Source: Chrysomallon squamiferum
Lineage: Eukaryota > Animalia > Mollusca
Assembly: GCA_012295275.1 (NCBI GenBank)
Contig: CM022666.1
Location: forward strand, 10,602,001-10,666,000
DNA length: 64,000 nt
Direction: 5' to 3'
Shown one piece after another: positions 55,997 to 64,000 of the stretch (position 1 is the stretch's first letter; each line of letters starts with the position of its first letter). The notes under the pieces were generated by a model that worked only from the letters and a program-made list of their open reading frames with translations, made no database searches and was not told where the DNA came from. Both the position numbers and the translations under genes were made by a program.

Positions 55997-56098
55997 CTCT
56001 GACAGATTTAGAACCAGGTATCCATAGAGAATTGCCATGACAACAAGAATAACAGCTATATACACATTAGCTACATCGTCTTCTTTGACTACTGACAT
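55997..56098 (-). CDS. ARHGEF4: Candidate alternative first coding exon encoding an N-terminal transmembrane helix (MSVVKEDDVANVYIAVILVVMAILYGYLVLNLSE)
   Basis: GCCATG start with an upstream in-frame TGA, 34 codons, consensus phase-0 donor GAG|GTGAGT matching the acceptor at 34789. Confidence 0.6.
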
Positions 56099-58194
56099 GG
56101 CATGTTCACCAGTAACGTTGACATTGACATCTCAACAACAACAGCAACAACAAAAACAATCTTAAGTAAAACTGTGACCAAAAACTCTAAACAAAATTTG
56201 CTGACATCAATTTCTGTTAAGCAGACTTGAAATAAAATGCATCCTTTATCATGTCCCACTAAACATCATCAAGATTTGAATTCCAGATCCAAATATCCAG
56301 CAACATCAACCTCTTCAGCTTTGATGTGGACAGCACAAGACTCCCAAGATCATCAACAACTCTTATCACATGAGGTACATTAGAGAAAGTTTGTCATTAG
56401 ATGAGTTTGATAACCAAAATGTGTATTAAATTCCACTGTGAGGTTTAAAGATCCCAAATCACGTAATTTCACTTAATCCTTGGTTCTTTTTAGAGAAGTT
56501 TTCACAGTATATCAATAGTGATATTTTATAAATGTACACCAAACTTCCTGCTTACTTTTGGTAACTTCTGTCTGAACTAACACTATCTTTAGTAAATACA
56601 AGCCAGCTTTTCACTTTTGTAAAAACAAGTTTGAATACTGACGTTAAACTAAAAGTTGTATTGCTGGCTTGACAGGGTGAGACAGGTTAGAGTGACACTG
56701 CAATTCAACTTTACACAGTCGTACGTTTCTCTTCACTGCTCTCGTGCGACATTCACAACAGGTGCAAAGAAACGTTTCGTAACTTCCACAAACAAAATTA
56801 AAATACTTTAGTCATTTTATTTTTCTTATAGTTTCTTTCTCTTTGTCTTCTTGTTTTTCAAATCTTTTTTCTTTTTCTATTTTTCGTTATTTTAAATCAA
56901 TGTAAAATGGTAATAAAATTTGATTGATTCAAATAAAATAACATTTCCAGAATTAATAGAAAAATATTTAGTATCAGTTTTATATCTTCAATCTGACACT
57001 TGAATATATTACATATCAAGTAGATATATACAGCTATATACCACATCTATACATTGAATTAAATCACACTTTAGTGAGTTAACAGCTGATAAACAAACCT
57101 GTACTTACATACTACATATATTACTTTTTATAAGTACCATCATATATTACTTTTTAAATCCATACAAAAATCTGAAAATATACATGTTATATATAAACGT
57201 AGATCAACAGTTTTTAAGGTAGTAAATCAACTTTTGAAAATATATGATTAAGCATATTTGAACTAGGTGGTAAATAAACCTGAGAAAATACACGTATATA
57301 TATATCAAGTGCTTGTGACAACCTCAAAGTATTACATAGCACCATCTGTCACAAATTTGAAAAATTTCCAAGCCGTTAACAAACACATCCTCTGCAAAGT
57401 TTTCGTATTTCAGAATGAAGGAAAAACAAATAAACATATACAAATGTAAACTTCCTTTCTGTGAACAGTATATGCATACACACAAACACACAGGTGAGAA
57501 AGATCCTTGTTAGTTCAACTAATCCACTTGAGGTATGTGATTTGAAACCAGGTGATAAGAAATCTGAAGAGTTTATGACCCGAGACTTGAACTCGAGTAA
57601 ATTCCCATTGCTTTTAAATCTGCTTGTGAACACAAGTTAGACTACAGGTGTTGAAAATCTTGTCAGCAGTCTGCAATATACAGGTGTTACCTGCACCTCA
57701 CAAAAATAATGTTTTCGACTCCTCTGTATTTTACATTCACACACACTGTTGTACTGCTTGCTACCTCTGTAATGAGGTCAAAGTGATCGCATCAGTGACT
57801 CTAAACAATCAGGTCACACAACACCTTTACCCTACAGGTAACAATTATTTGAATTATCTCAGATATCTACTATTTCATTTATTTTTATAAACAAGTAATT
57901 ATTCAAATAATTATCTGTCATTTCACCTACAGATAACAAATATCATTCATATTCACACAAAATATATACATATATACACACACATATACACACACATATA
58001 TACAAATATACAATACCTATACATACACACACAATTACTATTTATATACCTATACATACATACATACATACACACAATGCATATATGTACACAGACATAC
58101 AAACACAAATGCATGATAAATTTGGTGAACAAGCAATGCATTTCTGTAAGAACAGTTATTAAGATTTGAAAATAGAATTCTTTTTTTAAATAAT

Positions 58195-58400
58195 AATGTG
58201 AGAGGAAACACACAGCTCTCAGACTACTCTTATCATTTAGCAGCACAGGATCTTTTATATATACCTTCCCAGGACTGTAAGTATTTTGAAAAACCAGTTG
58301 TAAGGTATTAGCTGGAAAGGAGAGTAGGACAAAGACCACACTGTGGCTTGATTCCATGACCTCCAGATCATATTTTGTTCTGACCACTGACCTGTAACCT
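58195..58400. mobile_element. Degenerate SINE-like dispersed repeat
   Basis: gagaggaaac...ctactctt...ttagcagcacaggatcttttatat...ccagttgt...gctggaa shares motifs with copies near 28430, 41670 (inverted), 48010, 52015 and 52940. Confidence 0.6.
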
Positions 58401-59079
58401 AGACCTACATAGGATGAAAGGTAAATTGTTTACATCCAGTATTTCCATTGATCTTTCAGAGATTCAGTCAGTGTTAATACCACTGAAGGTTAAAGTATAT
58501 CTGTCATGGACATTCAATCCAGAAGCCTGGTTTATCTGCTTTGAGCTTTGTTTTATATCTTTGATCAGTGAATAGTTCACATAGAGATGAATGAAATTAT
58601 TCTGGGGTGAATAAAATGAGAGGCAAAGAAAAGATGTTGCAAGTAGAAATTTACAACATATCCTATTTCCTGTTTACAAATGAAAGCTCTCTAATCAGTG
58701 TATATCTTAGTTTGACATAGACGAATGTAAGAGGAATGCCAGAGATAAGAAAACAACACAGTGGTTCACTGACACAGACTGAGACAGATGTGCTGTCAAT
58801 CTCTACAAGTCTTCTTTGGTTTAAAACACAGCTCTGTAATGATTCACCTTCAAGTGCTGTGACTGCTGTGTGGTAGGACTTTGTCAGTACTAGCTGCTAT
58901 ACAGAACTAATTGGGAAGGAATAAGAGCAAACACTCATATCTCCTTTTTGTTGAAAGACATAAACAGTTTTAAAGTTTATGTTATAGGCATATCTGTATT
59001 TTGAATCATCATGATCAACAATTTTAAATGCCTACAGATAACTGAGATTACCATATTTATAAAAATTTAATAACATTAC

Positions 59080-59297
<218 letters not shown>

Positions 59298-61132
59298 CTG
59301 TCTCTTCCCTGTCTCCCACAAACAAACAAATAACTAAATAAATAAAATATATCAAGCATGTTTTACAAAATTAATGTTAACAACTGGATTGAATGAAACT
59401 TTCCAAAATAATAATCACTCTGATTTTTGAAAATCTGAATCATGATTAATATTAAAATCTGAGTATTTAGGAGGTAAATCCACCTGACTAGGTTTTCAGG
59501 CTTAATATAAAGAGCAGAAAGCCAGTTTGATAAGAGTAAGAAGGTAGTTACATTATTCTATTTCAAAATAAAGATAGCCTGTTTCTTTTTAATATTTACA
59601 CAAATCGCCACAAATATGCAGATTAAGTTCTATGTTTTCATTTTGTAATTTTTACCAAGATGATCTGAAGATTTCTCAGAAAAATTGTTTTCCATGCCAG
59701 CAATAAAGTAATGTTGTAAAAGCAAACAAAATATCCTATTTCAAACTAAGCAAATATTTTGTTGATAAGAATACTGAAATAGCATTCTTCAATTCTGATA
59801 TCAGTGATGTATAACAAAGAATATCTGTGTGTACATAAATCATGTTTGTAATAATGATATGTTTGTTTCTAAATTAACAACACATGTATACATTCAGTTA
59901 ATACCAATTCTCATGAACAAATATACACATACCAAACACAACAAAAATATAGGCATACAAAATAAAATTAATTAAACATATACAATATATATTTAAAAAT
60001 AAATAACAATTGCCATACACACTTGTTTCAAGTATTAGGCAGTGGCAGCGAAAATTATGTGAACTTTATGTTTGTGTTTTCCATGTGTGTCACATACCTG
60101 ATATAATGCACAAAAACCTATTCTTCAAACACATGCATAGACACACACACACACACACACAAATTCAAACACAAGTATCATATATATATACACATAGAGA
60201 GATATACACTCTTAAAATTATACACATTCACAATTTATATTCAAACATTCAGACTCATCTACTCAGACAAATAAACACACACACACACACACATCATACA
60301 TTCAAATGCACATATATGACATGATATAACCACATATACATCTACACACATTATAGACAAGAGAAAAATGAGACATACACAAAATATACTGCACACTTGC
60401 TAGTCAGTAATAAATGGAAGCTTGAGTGAGTTATCTTGTGATCTATGTGTGTCTGTGTCCGCTCTGACACACTAATCTCTGCTGTATGTCTAATGAATGA
60501 ATTCTTCACCCATTTTTCTTTAACAAGCTGAACAAAACCAAGAAATACAGTGATTTAGTGCATGTGTATCCAGTAAGGGAGGTTAAAGAAACAACCAATG
60601 GCAATGGGAGTAGTGGTTTAATGGTGAAAACAGCTGTCAATATATTTTGGTGTGGATGTGTGATGTACTGGATATTACACTCTGGCTATCCACTATTTGA
60701 ATAATGACCAGATACTGTTCCTGTTCGAGAAATATTTGTTTACTATAGTTTATCTATAATAACTTTAATTATTTTTAATTTACTTGACTATAAACACACA
60801 CATACACACACAAAATATACACAGAAATAAACAGAATTACACAAACACACACACACACACACACACAAGTCTTTATATCATTTAATTTTAAATGCAACAG
60901 TATGTCCACTACCCCTTATTCCAGAAAGGGATAACAAAAAATGAACTGGCATGAACAAATAAAAACAAAGAATTTGGTAATACATGAAGTATATTGCCCG
61001 TCAGTTGTGTTATTACAACATAACAGAAAACTGTACAAGAATTGCTAACTGAAATAAATGTCAAAAAAATATCTAAACATAATTGCTAATAGATTACCCA
61101 GTTTCTTTTCCTATGATGTATAGGTCATTTCT

Positions 61133-61145
61133 GTTGCCTAGCAAC
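61133..61145. promoter_or_regulatory. RFX X-box motif GTTGCCTAGCAAC
   Basis: Near-palindromic consensus X-box; function untested. Confidence 0.35.
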
Positions 61146-63117
61146 AAGTCTGGTAATGATGCAATAACCTCTTATGTTTTGTTTTAGTGGAACTGGAAAA
61201 TTCCCATAAGAAAATATCCTGAACAATGTCTATCATAAATACAAAAATGGCAGCCACTATTTATGTTCACAATATCCATAACATTATCTTCTTTTACAGT
61301 CTAAATTTTTAATTTAGTGTAAATATCTCTCATTTTTATTTAGTTTTTTCTTGTTGTTGCTGTTGTTGTTATTTTTACACTATTCTGAAAAAATGCAAAT
61401 TCAATTTATCATTCACAATTCTATGATGGATGAAAATCACTCACCCTATACATACCTATAACCAAATCATGTGACACCATGTCCTGGTATGAGTGTTACA
61501 GACAGACAAAATTAGAACCTATTTACAGTGATTAATCAACTTAGTTATTGGCTGACAAATATCTGGTCAGCTAAGACAGACATGATGAAGATTTAGACTT
61601 AGAGATAAAGTATCATCATTAAGTAAATTCTAGTCACAGCTTAATTATAAAACACACACACACACACAAACACTCATACAAATTCAAGGATATTAACACA
61701 CTGGTCTTCTAAAAGTAATAAATATCATTTCTATTTGTATTTTAATTAATGAATATATTTATTTATCTTGTGATATTAAAATTCATTCACTTAACTATTA
61801 AAAACTAATTTTACTTCACTTTATTACTCTCAGTACTTTATTAAGGGGTGGAAAAATAAAAAGGAAAATAAAAGATAAAAAAGAACAAAAGGACAAAAAG
61901 AACAATAAGTTAGAAACAGAAACTATAAATGATATAACATATGTTTAAAGTGGAGAAAGCATTTTACGAATTATAATACAGACTAAGAATCCTTTATCTG
62001 AAATGCTTTAGATGGGAAATATTTTGTTTTTCAGAATTTTTCTGTATAAGATCTAAGTTTAAAAACAAATTCCATCTACATTTCAGGATTATTTTATGTA
62101 ATATTTTTAATAATTTTGTATAAAGTATACATACAAACATATATACAAACATATAATGTATGCAAAATATAAATAAAAAAAGTTTAAAGTTCTTGCTGTA
62201 ACTTGTAACATTTCCAATGAGTAAAAGAGGGGTGGAGAAGGGTGATGACCTCAGAGTGAAAATTATGCACAGAAATAGTTAGGCAAACACAACTAATACT
62301 GGCAGACTCAAGAAAATCCTTTTAGTGAGCCTACTGCTCCAGTGTGTGTACACAGAGTAATCCTGGAAAACACAGATATCACGAGTGAAACATTCTAAAC
62401 TACAAATATTACTAACAAACCAACTTGTTGAACCATTTCAAGTCACTAATAAGTATTGCTAACAAATTAACTATTAAAAATAGTGAAACTTTGCAAATCA
62501 TTAATATATACATTACTAACAACATGTCATAATCATAAATTGTGGAGAAATTTGTAAAATAATGCTAACATTAGTAACACACTAGTAAATATTATATTAC
62601 TAAAACTTGTGAAACATTTCAAGTAACAGTAGTAATAGAAATATTTGACTAATATTTTTACTAAAATTACAATCAATATACAAATGATAGAGAAATATTT
62701 TATATAGCTAATAAAAGTATTACTAACTAGTAAAAACCATACAACGAAAAACCAGTGAAGCCTTTAAAATATGTGATAGCAGTTTTACTGACAAACTAAC
62801 GTGAATAATCATAATATACTCAAAAATGTAAACAAGTATTAAGCATTTTAAAAACTGGCACTGATTTTATGCATATAATTATAATGTAATCAGAAGTGTT
62901 GAAGATGTAGATGAAATAGTTTAAACAATAAATACTAACAAACTAACAAGCTGCAAAAATTCAATATGAATGAGTATACACATATATGTAGACATACAAA
63001 CATGCACACTCAAACACTCTTAATAGTGAAAAAGAAATGACTGCAAAATGTTAGTCGTGTGATAGATATTTACATAAAGAATGGATGACTGATATAATTT
63101 TAAAATATACAACTTAC

Positions 63118-64000
63118 TTCATCTGAAGACTTTTCCCAGAAAGCTTTTCTGCCAGTGTAGACATCTGAAGTTTGTCCTACATCTTTAACTGAATGTTCAT
63201 ATTCCACTTGAGATGATGAAACTGTAGCATTGTCCATACCACTGTTATCTCTCATTGAATTCTGTAGTAATGATGTTGTCATTTTCACCCTTTGAATGAC
63301 ATCATCTTTTATCTTCATATTCCTCTTCATTGCAGTACTATCTTTCTTTGCAACAACAGTTTGCTTCTTTGATGTGATACAATCTTTCTTTGATGTGACA
63401 GTATCCTTCTTGGTACTGACAATATCCTTCTCTGATGTAGCTGTATCGTTCTTTCTTGTGAAAGTATCCTTTATTGCATTCACAGTATCCTTGTCTTCCA
63501 CATTATTTCTTACATCTTTTACTGGTGGGTAATCAATATCTTTCACTTTTACACAAATATCCTTGTTACCTTCAGTTGTTTCCATAATGGCAATTTCCTG
63601 GTAAGATCCAATGTTATCATCTTGAGAACTGTTCTGACTTAAATCGTCACTGTTTTCTGAATCTCCAATAAAGAAAGTGACAGTCTGACCCAGGCTGGCA
63701 GTTTCAGCACCAGAACACCAGCTGTCACAGTTGCTTTCACTACAAGTCACATTTTCCCTGACTTCCACAAGTGGAACCACCATGGAATCCAACCCTGGCT
63801 TCTCGCCGTCTTGTAAACTTATTGCACGCTCTTCAGTGACCTCGTTTTGCTTGACCTGATTAAAACATTCCTCACTGCTGCCTTCAATTACTGAAATAAC
63901 TTCTGTAAGACGTTCTTGGCGGTTTCGCATGACATCAGCTGTTACCATGTTGTTGTTATCGTTGTGTACAAAATGTGAAACTTGAACCAGCTCATCGGAC
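63118..64000 (-). CDS. ARHGEF4: Large upstream coding exon (5'-truncated by the window), low-complexity N-terminal extension of the long isoform
   Basis: Frame is open to the window edge (SDELVQVSHFVHNDNNNMVTAD...RKAFWEKSSDE). It ends at a strong phase-0 donor GAA|GTAAGT, compatible with the phase-0 acceptor at 34789. Linkage to this gene is inferred. Confidence 0.72.

Overview
AT-rich, microsatellite-rich metazoan genomic DNA; it looks invertebrate, and the SINE-like repeats and intron style suggest a gastropod mollusc (inference only). The window is dominated by one large minus-strand spliced gene encoding an SH3-DH-PH Rho-GEF of the Asef/collybistin family (co-ortholog of vertebrate ARHGEF4/SPATA13/ARHGEF9; Drosophila RhoGEF3-like). 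I reconstructed 15 phase-consistent GT-AG exons from 34789 down to the stop at 9730 (about 1217 codons). A further large, phase-compatible coding exon runs off the right edge (63118->64000). The introns hold several candidate alternative first exons, including one encoding a transmembrane helix (55997-56098). They also hold a 41-bp tandem array that reiterates a DH-exon 5' splice site eight times, candidate recursive splice sites, a two-monomer satellite with higher-order structure, SINE-like relics and many microsatellites. Downstream of the gene lie a Sola2-like MITE and a CpG-rich block bounded by direct repeats. No prokaryotic features (CRISPR, operons, rRNA/tRNA) are supported.
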